Part shown: positions 38,531-51,900 of the stretch, one piece after another | Position numbering within the stretch: the stretch's first letter is position 1 | How the letters are laid out: each line of letters begins with the position of its first letter | Assembly: GCF_036588685.1 (NCBI RefSeq) | Contig: NC_086382.1 | Span: 57,722,001 to 57,786,000, forward strand | Source of the DNA: Mytilus trossulus | Lineage: Eukaryota | Length of the DNA stretch: 64,000 bases | Reading direction: 5' to 3' | Position numbers and translations under genes: made by a program | The notes under the pieces: generated by a model | Told to the model about the DNA's origin: nothing | Seen by the model: the letters and a program-made list of their open reading frames with translations, nothing else | Database searches by the model: none

Positions 38531-41500
38531 ATTTTCTGTTTTTCCAGAAAGGTTGCCATGGGCGTCTGCTGTTTCCGACTGTTTTAGTTGCTGTTTCAAT
38601 GTGGAGTTTTCCAAACAGAGTCTATCAATATTATCTTCCAACATGTGAACTTTCTCTTCATTTTTACGCAACTGAAGTTTTAACTCGTCTTCAATTTTAT
38701 CCTTTTCTTGAACATGCTCTTTTATTTGAGTTATAGTCTGCTCAGCTTCTTGCAGTGAAGTGACAAATGCCATTTTTGATGCCTCTGTCACTTCCAGGAT
38801 GCTCTGTTTGCCATACAACTCTTGCATTAAGTCAGTGATTTTAGCTTCCTTTTCTTGTAACTTTTGAGCATTTGAAGCATTGAATTCTTCAATAGTATTC
38901 ATAATTTTATCCTGATCCTCTGATTGTTTATCGTACATCTCTTGCATTTTTTTCATTTCTTCAATCCTTTTCATCAGATCATTCTGTATATTATTTAGAC
39001 TTTCTGTAAGAGATTTTATTTGTTCATCCTTTGTCTCTATCTGTCCTTCCATTTCATTCACTTTTTCAATATTTTCTCGTTTTGATTGTTCAATAGATAT
39101 AATATAACTATCTTTGTCTTGAATAATTTGTTTTGATTTTTCACATTCAGATTCAGAAGATGACAATCTTTCCCGCAAGTTTGTTATAGCAATTTCTGCT
39201 TCTTCTAGTTTCAGACTAAAAGATTTTTTACAGTCTTCTAAAGCATTTAAAGTACGTTCAAGTTGTTCACATTCATTTTGATACAGCTGTTGAAGATCCT
39301 GCATTTCACTTCCTTGCCTGGACAGGTTGTCCTTTAATCTTGCCAACTGACTTTCAAGTTGGTGCATTTGATTGTCTTTTTCAGTAATTTGTCCTTGATC
39401 TGGGACTACTAACAATTTTTGTTTCAGATCAACCAAACTTTGTTCTTTTTCCTCCAATTTCAATTCATAATTGTTTACAATCATTTCCATAGTTTTGGTG
39501 TTTTCCTTTTCTTGCTGTATTAAGCTCTGAGCTTTTTCTAGTTCTTTTTCAAGCTCTGTAACTTTCTCTTCACTTTTACTATACTTCGAAAGCAAATCTA
39601 ATTGAGATTGTTTTAAATTCGAAAGTTCTAACTTAATTTTTGTCATTAAGTTATTGATATCTTCATTTTGAAGAACATCCATCTCATGTTCAGATACTCC
39701 AAGATCATCAGTAAGCATTTGTACAAATTCCTGCTTCGTTTGTGTAACACTTGAGTTTAGTTGTTCTTGGAGGTAGCTAACAGTGTTGCTTAGCTGGGCA
39801 ATTTCTTCACACTTTGCTTCTTTCTCTGTTACCATTTGTTGCAAATCTGATTCTTTCTTCGACAACATATCTTGGAAATCATCGATAGCTTCAGTCATGG
39901 TTTTGATTTTTGAATCTTTTGATTTCAATGCTTTTTCAGTTTCTTTAACTAGATTTTCTTTCTCTGATTTCAATGTTTTCCACATATCTTTATATAATTC
40001 TTCATTATGACGTAACAAATTTGTATCATTGTTGAGTTCTTCAAACTCTCTTTCTGACTCATCAGCAATGTGTTGTAGGTGCTCACATTTTCTTTCCATC
40101 TCAGTATTACTCATTGCATATGAAGAATTCAATCCCTCTAATTCTTCGATTCTTGATTGCATAGAAGCAATCTGATCATGGTCCCAAACACCTTGCGAAG
40201 CATTTTCTGTTTTTAGAGATAAAATTTCTTGAGTTTTATCTTCAATAGTTTTACATAGCTCCATTTTCTCCTCTTTCAATGAATCTAAATTATTTTGAAA
40301 TATCTCTATATCTTTTTCAAAAGTTTCCCTTAAAGAAAACAGTTCATTTTCCTTACTACTAAAATCAGTTTGTAATTTTTCTATTGTTTGTTTCATTTCA
40401 TTCACATGGAGGTTTTTAGCATCAAGTTTCTGTTTCATGTTGTCAAGTTCACTTTTCATGTCCAGAACTTCTCTTTCTGGGACTACAAGTTCATTCTGTG
40501 GACCTTCACTCCCAGATTTTAGTGGCAACTCCTGTTGTTTTTCATCACTTTCTATAGAAACTACATCTGTTTCAATGGATGCATCGTGTATCATTTCTGC
40601 TTGTGAATTAGATATTTTTCCTTCATCAACAATGAGACTTTCTGGCGAAGTTTCAGTATTTTCCATTGAACTTGGCTCTAACATTTCCTCTATTATGGGA
40701 AGCACATCTGAAGCTCCAACTACTGACACATTTCCTCCAAGATTATTTATATGACCTTGAAGTTTATCTATTTCCTGTCTATACCATATCTCATATGAAT
40801 TCCATGTATTCTGTAAACCTGTTATTTCCTCATTCTTATATCTTTCTATCTCCACTTTTTGATTTTCAAGCTCGGTCTTGTACCACTGTTCCCATGCTAA
40901 CATGTTACTAGATAAGTTTTCAATTTCTTCAGATTTTGCAATGTTTTCAACTTCATATTTAGAAACTTTTTCTTGAAGTTCTTTGATTCGTGTAACATAT
41001 TCCTGACAAAGTCTAATAGATTCATCTAACTCTTTTGATTTTGAAAGCTGACCTTCCTTTAAAGATTCATTTTCTGATTTTAGAATGAGAATTTCATCCT
41101 CTAGTCCAGACACATGAGAAGATTCACTGCTTTGAGATTCGGTTTCTGACATCAGTTTATTTAACTTTGTATCTTTTGCTTTACAAAGTGTTTTCAGTTT
41201 TTTTATCTGTCCATTCATTGCCTCTTTCTCTTTGCTAAATTTTTCTCTTTCACTTTTCATTTCTAACTGAAGATTTTCCAAGTCTATCGAAAGACTGTTA
41301 GCATTGTCAGTTGCTGTTGGTAGCTCTACAGACTGTAAGGGTTCTGAAGCTTCTTGTTTTTGGAAAGTTTCCTGAACAACTGTCTCTTGTACCATTTCTT
41401 GCCTCTGGTATTGCTCTGAGACCATTTTCTCTTCATGTATTGCATGCTGTTTTTGATTTTCATGAAATAACTGTTCAAATTTCTCCTTCCAAGTCAAAGC

Positions 41501-43912
41501 ATCCTCTAGTTCTTGTGACAGCATCCCTACTTCTTGGTCACTATATTCTAACTTCTCCATCAGATGTTGTACTCTCTCATTCAACACTACAACATCCATC
41601 TCTTTATCAGCGATTAAATTCTCCTGTTGAGATAAAATGTCCTCCATTTTAGCCACCTTGGCTGCTTTCCCTTTGCTGACTTTCTTTAACTTTGCTATTT
41701 CTAAATTCAAATGTTCTTTTTCCACAAGGACATTTTGTAATTCTACTTTCACTTTATCTACACTGCCATCACCGTCTGATACCTGTCGACGAACAGAAGC
41801 TACACTTTGTTCAATCTTTTCCTTTTCAATCATCAGTTCTTTCTTCTCACTTTCCAATTTCACAATATGTTCATGATTTACATCTAAATTTTTCTTAAAT
41901 TCTTCAATTTGATAATCCTTTTCATTTATGTTTCTTTGCAACTGATCGATATTTGCTTGTAAGTGATAACACTTTTCCTCCAGATCCTGGAAATGGGCCA
42001 CTGACTCATTCAGTTCATCTCTTAAGGTCTCTTCTTCACTATATAAGTCATCAAGTCGACCATTTAACTCATTTATTTGTTCCTTGAGAATGACAACCTC
42101 AGTATCCTTTTCAACAAGAACTTTTTCTTGGACAACAACAACTTCTTCAAACTTTTTAGCTTTTATATCCCTACTTTTACCTAGCTTTTGAAGTTTACCA
42201 ATTTCATTTACAAATTTTTCTCTTTCTTCCTCCACCTCCTGAAAGTTTTTGTTCATTTCACTAATGTATTCTTCATCTTCCTTTAATTTTGCCTCAAGTT
42301 TTTTAATTCTCACATCTTTTCCTTTTACAAGAGCTGACAATTTTTTATTTTCAGCAATCAATTTATCTCGTATTGAAATGGCTTGTTGTAGTTCATTGTT
42401 TATTTCTGAAATACCAGTCTCCCGCTCTCCTATAACATTTGTGAGTGTCTCTTTGTCATATTCAAAGTTTTGAAATGCTTCTTCATACTGTTGTTTAGAA
42501 GCAAGCATTGAGTCTTTTTCTTCACTAACTCGTTGAAGCTCTGTTTGACTTTCATCTAATCTGTCAGTAAAATCTTGTTTGACTTTATCTAATTCGCCTT
42601 CTAACCAATAACATCTGTCTTTGAGTTCAAAGTTTTCACCCCTCATGATCTCTAAATCTTTTCTGGTCAATTCATCTTCATATAAAACATCATCCATCCT
42701 GTGCTCTAAGTTTTTAATTCTCTCTTTTGACATGAAAATTTCAGCATCTTTGTCAGCAATGAGTTTTTCTTGTTCCGAGACAACTTCCTCAAATTTCTTG
42801 TTCTTAACTTCTTTACCCTTGTAGAGTTTTTGCATTTTCTGTAATTCAGCATTTATTTCATCTTTTTCAGAGAAATTTATTTTCAGTTGTTTTTCTAGTT
42901 CTTCATGCCTAAATTTTGCTTCGTCAAGTTCATAGTTTAATTTTTCAATTGCTGATTCTTTTACTGACAACTGATCTTCACATTCCTGTGTAAAATTTAT
43001 CAGTTTTTCATCTTTTCCTTTACATATTTGTTGCAATTTTGAAATTTCATTCTCCAAATTTTCTTTTTCATGCAACATAAATTTTTCTTTGTCAACCAAG
43101 TCCAAGAGTTCATTTTCCATATCTATTGCTATTTGTTCCTTATCCTGAACAGTCCTTTGCAATGATTCGACATACTGTTCTAAGTATAAGATTTGATCTT
43201 CATGTGCACCTTTAACTTGGTCATGTTCGATTCTGCTATCACTTTGTGCTGACAGTACCTCCTCTTCTAGCTGCTGACATTTCATTTCAAGATGTCTATA
43301 GTCTATTTCATATTGATCATATTTTTGTTGAAGTTGATTATAATCCGCTTCTGATTTAGTCATTTCAGAATGCAAAAACTCCTCATCATAGTTGACATCT
43401 TTCAGTTTACTTTCTAGTTGTATTATATTTTCTTTGAACACAATAATATCCGCCTCTTTTGTGGCAAGTAACTTTTCTTGCTCGTTGACAACATCCTGAA
43501 ATTTCTTTACTTTGGCTTCCCTTCCTTTGTACAGTTTTTGTAATTTGTTTAGTTCTGTTTTAATTTCTTTATTTTCATTTACACTTTTGTCTTTTTCCGA
43601 CCTTAAGTTGTTTATTTCAGATGTCAACAGTTCATTCTCTTTGAGCAGACTATCATTGAGAACAGTCTGCTCTTGTGAAGAACCCTCAAGTCTCCCCTGT
43701 AATTCCGAAACAGTCTGTTCTAGTTTAGATTTTTGAGATTTCATTTCTTCCACATTTGCTGTCACTTCAGACAATCTGATTTTAAGTTCTGATATTTCCT
43801 GTTCTTTAGATAATTTAAAAGCACCAGATTCCTCAACAGCTCGAGATAATTTCACATCTTTTCCTTTGTTTACCTTCTCTAACTTCTTAATGTCAGTTTC
43901 CAGTTGTTCTTT
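38531..43912 (-). CDS. GOLGB1: Giantin-like golgin giant exon 2 (5,382 nt, 1,794 codons, phase 0-0)
   Basis: ORF 38456..43855 extended to acceptor tttcacag|AAA; donor AAT|gtaaga. Confidence 0.88.
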
Positions 43913-45934
43913 CTGTGAAATGAATTTATATTAGAGCATACTCAGCATATAAACAAAAAGGTAAATACTGACCTACTGTTAAGTTCAGAAATTCATGCAT
44001 GCATTTATTAATGTACAAATCCTTGACTTTTGGCTAACTTGAGAAATCTTGTTAATGCAATTGCAAAAAAATGTGTAAAATTATTTTTGTGCTAAACAAT
44101 ACTGTCACATTTTTAGTGTTCATAAACACATACTATACTTAAAATTTAGAAATAATATTTTGGGAGGTTTTCAGAAAGAAAATGTCAAATTACTTAAACA
44201 ATACTTTAAATTTTCAAAGTATTGCAATTTTATTTTTGTAATCATAATTCGATTTTGCATTTTTTGCTAGTGGTCAAGGATTTCTAATAATAAATGCACA
44301 CATTAATTCTTTACTTACAATAGTCCAGTACATTGCAAAATATATAAATCAAATAATTCTTACAATAACTTATACAGTTGCCTTCATTAAATAATTTCAT
44401 AATTTCTATTTATATGAAAATTGAAAGATATGTAACTTTTTCATTTTCAAGAAATATTTCCTACACACAAGGTTCAAAATTCAAAAAAAAAAATTTCGAT
44501 AAATTTAGGATTGTTTTACTATAGGTGAATCAGAAACAGTATTGATAAATATTTTTAAAGAAATAAAAAATATTCAAAAGTAAAAAAATCCTGTTATTTT
44601 ATCATATTTCTCAAAATTTAACATTCAAAGGATTTTAGGTATAGAAAAAGAGTTGAAGCTGTGTGAAACTCAATTCTGCATATAGTAACTTAATATTTTT
44701 AGAAATTTGATAACAAGGTAGATTTAATAGAAATATTTTACAGGTTACTGATAGAAAGAAAAGTGCTGACTGAAGAATAAAGATTTGATAATTCAGTTAA
44801 TACTTAATTTACACTAAAAATTGAATTATGATAAATTATTAGGCAAACAACATAACTAATTTGAGACACTGAGGTGATATTTAGGCATTCTATACTTTGT
44901 AAATGAGAAATATCTGCCAATGCTGAGAAACATCATGGAATATCATTTTGCTATCCATTTCTATCTTAAATGACTGAGTGATTCTCTCCCATTCCTGGCA
45001 TTGTGGTTTAATGAACCAACTTTAACAAAATAACTTAACTACACCTGTATTCTAATTTTCAAAAAATTCATAACATTTTATTTTTTGATGCTTCGGATGT
45101 CTTCTTAATAAGGGTGGAGGAGGGTTGAATAAAATTCTAAACTGCACCAATCATAAACTGAATGAAAATAGCCATAACCAAACTTAAATAAACCTTTACC
45201 AAATCACACAGGATAAAAATATTGAATAACAAAAAAAAAAGATAATTTTTTATAAATGTAAAACAATTAAGTGTACTTTTTTTTCTACCATTTAGAAAAA
45301 AGACTTTAAACCATTTTTATAAATAAAATATTGATCAAGATAAACTGAATACTCAAAATAAAAATAATCTCTTATTTTATCTATATTTCTGATTAATTAT
45401 GCTCCCTTAATCATACAATATTCATTTTTTCTCTCTTTTTTTCCCATCTGTGTGTTTATATGAAATGGGAAAAAAAATAATAAAAGTATCTACTATTGGA
45501 CCTACTGTTTTCGAAAAGAACATGGGTTTGGCTACTCATTTCAAAATAATTAAATTTTATTATTGGCTGAAATTTTGAGAAACAATAAAAACTTTGTTAG
45601 GATTGTGAAAAGCTTAGCACGGGAATACATGTACATGTCACCTAACCAGAAAACATCTGGGCTCTTGAACAGAACCGTCTTTCCTCTTACTCTTAAATGT
45701 CTTAACTTAAAGTAAAAGCAGCAAATAATAAAATTAAATCTTTAGTTTGAACACGACTTGATATAATCCATATGACAGATATTGGTGTGTCACCAAAAAT
45801 CACAAGACCACTAAAGTTATGAAAACAAAATGAAGAAAGAAATTTTCCTGAGAGAAAGGGAATGTTATGCTCATGAAAAAAGAAATGATTTTAAAAGAAT
45901 ATACTGGGTGTTAAGTTGTTAACATGAAAATCAC

Positions 45935-48900
45935 CTTTATGGTCAACAATTTATAAGACTCCTTTTGACTTATGAGTTCAGTCTCCAAATGAGTGAAAGT
46001 GAGGTCTTTCTCTTCCAATGCTCTATCATTCTCTTCATCCTTGGTGGAAATCAGCTGTTCCAGGTCTCTACATTTAGTTCTCCAAGCATCAGTATCTTGT
46101 TCCCTTTCAACTGTTTTCTCCAGTGTTTCTGTCAGTTCAGATATATTTTGCTCTTTTTCTAACATATTTGTATGAGCCTCTTCACATTCCTGAGATAGCT
46201 GATCAAAATCTGTTTGAAGAAGGCTGAGTTTGTCTTTGCATGACTTTAATTCTTCTTCCTTTTGTTGTAATTCATCTTTAACATGAGTAAAATCTTCATT
46301 CAATGTTTGAATTTTCTCCTTCAAATCTGCCAGCAACTGAGTCACCTGTTTATTCTGTGATGACAATAATTCATTATCTTCCATAATTCTGGACACATTT
46401 TCAGTTTTATTGGTCAATCCTTCCTGGGTAGATAATAGCTCTAATCTGAGACCATCCCTTTCTTTTGAAACAGAGGACACCTGTTCAGACAGCAAATGAT
46501 TATTTTTCGATGCAGATTTAATCTCTGCTTTCATTTTGTGTATCATATCTTCTTTTTCATTCACCTTTAAATTGAAAGACTCTATGTCAATTAGCAGCAT
46601 ATCAACAGTCTGCTTCAAATTGTATTTTTCGACTTCTGTTGATTTATTTTCTTCAATCATAACTTCTTTTAAATCTCTTATTTCTTTCAGTTCACATTCA
46701 AGTGTTGCTATTTCTTCACAATTCTTATGCTGGACATTTGACAACTCTTCTGATTTGAGTGAAAGTTGTTGTTCTAGGCTCCTAACTTTTGATTCCAAAT
46801 TTTCCATGGTAACTGCCAAATGAGATAGTTCAGTTTCTTTCTGGCTAAGTTGATCTTGTAAGTAACACACTTTTTCCTCTTTTTCTGATACACGTGTTGA
46901 CATTGCTGTCGTATTGACATTGTGTTCATCCTTAACCAATGCTAGCTCTTCTTCTATCTTATCTTTTTCTTGTGCGACTGCTGACAGATTTTCATTCTTG
47001 ATTAAAAGTTCATCTTTCAAGTTTGAAATGGCTAACATAAAGTCCTCATTTTCCTTTTTGGCATTTAACAACTGGTCTGTTTGTATATTTAGCTGACCTG
47101 TCAGATTAGAAATAGATCCCTCTAAATCCTCCTTTTCTTGGGAAAGGGAAAGTAAATTCTCTTCTTTAATAATAAGTTGATTTTGTAAATCTGCTATTGT
47201 TACCTGAATAGCTTCATATTTAGTTTTTACACATGACAAATATTTTGCCTGACACAGATTTTCATGTTTCAATTTCATGACAGTGTCCCCTTTAATTGAT
47301 TCACTTTCTCTTGTAGTCTCTAGTTCTGTGGATAATATGTCAAACTTGACCTTTGTGTTATGTAACTCTTCTGCAATTGCTTGTTTTTCATCATCCAATT
47401 TTGCAATGTCATCTTTTAAAGCACATACCGTGGACATAAAGTCTTCAATTTCGTTTTGTTGCTTAGATGCTTCTTCACTCTTCTTTTCAAAATCTTCTTT
47501 CAAATCAGACAAGTTAGACATTAGTTGTTCTTTCTGATCAATTAATTCTGTAAACTGTGTGTCTCTTTCAACCAATTGCTTCGTAGCAGTTTCATTATTT
47601 TGAGTAATGGAGGACAGCATGTTTGTTTTGTGAGTCAGCTTCTCCTCAAGGTCATTTATATGTTTAGCTTTACTGACTACATCTTCCTTCAAAATATCAA
47701 GTGAAGATAAAAGTTCCACATTTTCTTGTTGGAAATTTGAAATTTTCTTCTTGTCATCTTTTGCAAATTTCATTAACTGTGAAATCTGATCATTTCTACA
47801 CATTGAATCTTGTTTCTCCTTTTCAATCTCTGCAGACAATACTTCAACTACACTAGACAATTCCTCCTGTTCAGATTCCAAGGAAGATTTGATCTCTTTT
47901 AGTGAGTACAGCTCATCTGTTGTTTTAGTTAGTTCATTCCTTGCCTCAGATAGATTGCAAATCAAGGTCTCTTTTTCCTTTGCTAAATCATTTAGTGTGG
48001 TCTCATATTGCTTAACTTTCTCTTCAAGGCTATCAACTGTACATTCAATAGTTGCCTTTTCCTGATATTGGTTTTCTATCTCCTCTGACTTTTTAGCATT
48101 TTCTGCTTTTAAACTGGCCAGCACATTATCTTTCTCTTTCAACATTTTGTTATTTTCATCTTTCATTATTTTCATGTTAAATTTAAGTATTCCAACCTGA
48201 TCAAATGTGCTTGTCACAATGTCAGATTTTGTTTCCAATTCACTGGATAAAACTTGTATCACTGTTTCCAGTTCTTTAACATTCTGTTCTAAAATAAGTT
48301 TCTCCTGTGAGAGGTTTACATTTGATGACGATTCTGACTCAAGTTTAGAGATAAGCTCATGAATCTCCTCTGATAATTTAGACTTTGACAATGCCTCAGC
48401 TTCCAGTTGTGGGATCATCTGTTCATTCTCTTTTAATAGTGTCAATTTAAATGAAGACTCAGTTTCAAGTTCTATTTTTAACTCATCTTTCTCTTTTGAC
48501 AATGAAGATTTTTCATCTGTAGTTGTCATTAATTCTTCTTTCAAAGTAGACAAAACAGCTGTCATTTCATCTTTTTCATGCTGAATATCAGATTTTTTTT
48601 GTGTGATATCTGATAGCTCTTCCTTTGCAACTGAAAGGGATAGATTTAAATCATCTTTTTCCTTAACAAGTTCTGAAGTTTTTTCGTCCAGCAAACATAT
48701 TTGTTCAGTTAAAGAATTAATCTTGCCTGTCAGAATTTGTACTTCCCCAATTGATGCATCAAGTTGGTTTGATCTTGTTGTTAGTTCCTCCCTCAAAGAT
48801 GAAATATCCAAAATGAGATTATCCCGTTCTTGTGTGAGTGAAACAAGAATCTCATCTTTCTTTGAATCATTGTCCATCATACTAACTAACTTTGCCTCCA

Positions 48901-51900
48901 AATGTTCTTTCTCTTTAACAAGAACAGACATTTCCTCAGCTTTCATTTCCATTTCAGACTTGAGAGATGATACTGTCGTTACAAGGCTATTTCCTTCCTT
49001 CCTCAATGTTTCAACTTCTACCACTTTTTCTGACACAAATCCTTCTTTTTCATTAACAAGTGCTGCCAGATCTTCACACTTCCTATTTAATTCCTCTTCC
49101 AAACCAGTTGATCTTGTCATTAAAAGGTTGTTTTCTTCTTTCAAACTAGTAAGAGATTCTTTTAGACTAGTAATTGTGGATGCTAATTCATCTTTTTCTT
49201 TTTTAATGGATATCAAATTCTGAGAGTTGTCTTCCTTGTCTTTCTCAAGATTTGCAATAGAAGACAACAAATTGTTTTTCTCCTCTGACATAAATGCTAA
49301 GTCTTTTGTAAGGTTAGAAATATCAACTAATGACTTCTCATTTTCTATTTTCAAGAATGAAATTTCTTCATTTTTTTCAGCTAGTTTTCCTTTTAATCCT
49401 TTTATGTCATTTGTCAATTTGCAAACTTTCTCCTTATTTACAGATTTCTGTTTGGATATCAAATCTTCTTTTGATGATAGACTTTGTTTAGTTAATTCAT
49501 TCTCATTAGATAACACAAATAAACTTGTTGACATTTGTTCAAGATCATGTTCCAGTTTAAATTTTAAATCTGTTTGTAAATTTACGTCTTCTTTAAGGGA
49601 TTCCATATTTGATAAAAGACAATCTTTTTCAGCTGAAATTGAATCAATTTGTTCAAGTTTGTTTGCTAATTCAATTTTGAGTTCTGACACATTTGTTTGC
49701 ACACCATCTGTCTGTTGCATCAGCAATGACATTTTTTCTGTAGCTTTTTCAAGCTCACATTTCAAATTGGTCTCAGAAGATATCAATTGATCTTTTTCTT
49801 CAGTCAAAGCAGCTACAGTCAACATTAGTCCATCTTTTTCTTTTTGCAAAGAAACAAATTCAGTTTTAATAGTTTCATTACGCTCTTTAAATTTTGATGC
49901 TGTTAACATTATTTGTTCTTTTTCTTCCAATAATTTATTTCGGTCTGTATTTTTCAATTCTAAATTTGTCATCAAAGTTTCATTTTGTTCGGTGATGATA
50001 TCTACATCTGTGGATTTAATTTGCAATTCATCTTTGATTTCTACAATTGTGGCCTTCAAATTTTCCTGATCATGTGTCAAGTCAGCTATAGTTATATTTC
50101 TTGTTGACAATTCGTCTTTAACATTGGAGAGATCAGATAATAACCCATCATTTTCTTTCATTAAGCTGCTTATGTTGTCTGCTTTACCTAATATCTCATC
50201 TTGAAGACTTGATATTTGAATCAGCAGGTGCTCTTTCTCATTTTGAGTTTTAGTCAGTTTTACTTTGTGTCTCATCAGCTCAGATTTCAGTTTTACAGAT
50301 GTGTCTTCTTTTGCAGCAACATTCTGCACTGCTGTGTCTAATTCACTAGACAATATATTAACAGATGACAAAAGCTTTTCCACTTCTTTTTCTACAACCT
50401 GCTTCTCATCAGCTAACTGTAATTTCAGAGTTAACAAAAGTTCCTCATTTTTGGTCACTGCATTAGTTAGTTCTTTTGATTTATTAGACAATTCTTCCTT
50501 CAAACTAGACACAGTTAACATTAGGTCATCTCTCTCATGTGAAGCTGTTTCAATGTTTTCTTTTAGACTGGAAACAAGAGATGACATATCACATTTATCT
50601 TGTGTCAATGTGGCCAGTTCTTCCTTTAAACCTGTCACAGCTGAAACAAGATGCTCCTTTTCTTGTGATATTGTGGCTTCTTTTTCAGATTTAATGGACA
50701 ACTCTTCTTTAAGACAAGAAATAGTTGACACCAGACCATCTCTTTCTTGTGTCAAAGTTTCCAGTTCTTCATTAAGACTTGAAACAGTTGACATCAGATT
50801 GTCTTTGTCTTTAGTAAAAGTGGCAAGTTCTTCCTTGAGAAAGGAAATAGTTGACTCCCCACCATCTTTGCTCTCTGTCAAAGTGGCAATTTCCTCTGAC
50901 TTGACATTCAACTCTTCTTTCAGAAGGCAATTTGTGGCTAACAGGCCATCTTTTTCTTGTGTCAGTGTGACAATGTCTTCTGATTTGTTGGTCAGTTCTT
51001 CTTTCAGACTAGAAACAGTCGAAACCAGACCATCTTTTTCTTGTGTCAGTGTGACAATATCTTCTGACTTGTTGGTCAGTTTTTCCTTCAGACTAGAAAC
51101 AGTTGAAACCAGACCATCTTTTTCTTGTGTCAGTGTGACAATGTCTTCTGACTTGTTGGACAGTTCTTCTTTCAGACTAGAAACAGTTGAAACCAGACCA
51201 TCTTTTTCTTGTGTCAGTGTGACAATATCTTCTGACTTGTTGGTCAGTTTTTCCTTCAGACTAGAAACAGTTGAAACCAGACCATCTTTTTCTTGTGTCA
51301 GTGTGACAATATCTTCTGATTTGTTGGTCAGTTCTTCCTTCAGACTGGTAACAGTTGACACCAGACCATCTTTCTCTTGTGTCAGTATGACAAAACCTTC
51401 TGACTTGGTGGTCAGTTCTTCCTTCAAGCTAGAAACAGTTGCCACTAGACCATCTCTTTCTTGTGTCAGTGTGACCATACCTTCTGATGTGCTTGACAGT
51501 CCTTCCTTCAGATTAGAAACAGTTGACACGAGACAATCTTTTTCTTGTGTCAGTGTGATATTGTCATCTAGTTTGCTGGCAAGTTCTTCTTTAAGAATTG
51601 AAAGAGTTGACAATAAGCCATCTTTTTCTTGTGTCAATGTGAGAATGTCTTCTGACTTTGTGGTCAGTTTTGCCTTGTGCCTTATCAGCTCAGATTTCAG
51701 TTTCACAGAAGTGTCTTCTTTTGCAGCGACATTCTGCACTACTGTGTCTAACTCACTAGACAATATATTAACAGATGACAAAAGCTTTTCCATTTCTTTT
51801 TCTACAACCTGCTTCTCATCAGCTAACTGTAATTTCAGAGTCAACAAAAGTTCCTCATTTTTGGTCACTGCATTAGTTAGTTCATTTGATTTATTAGACA

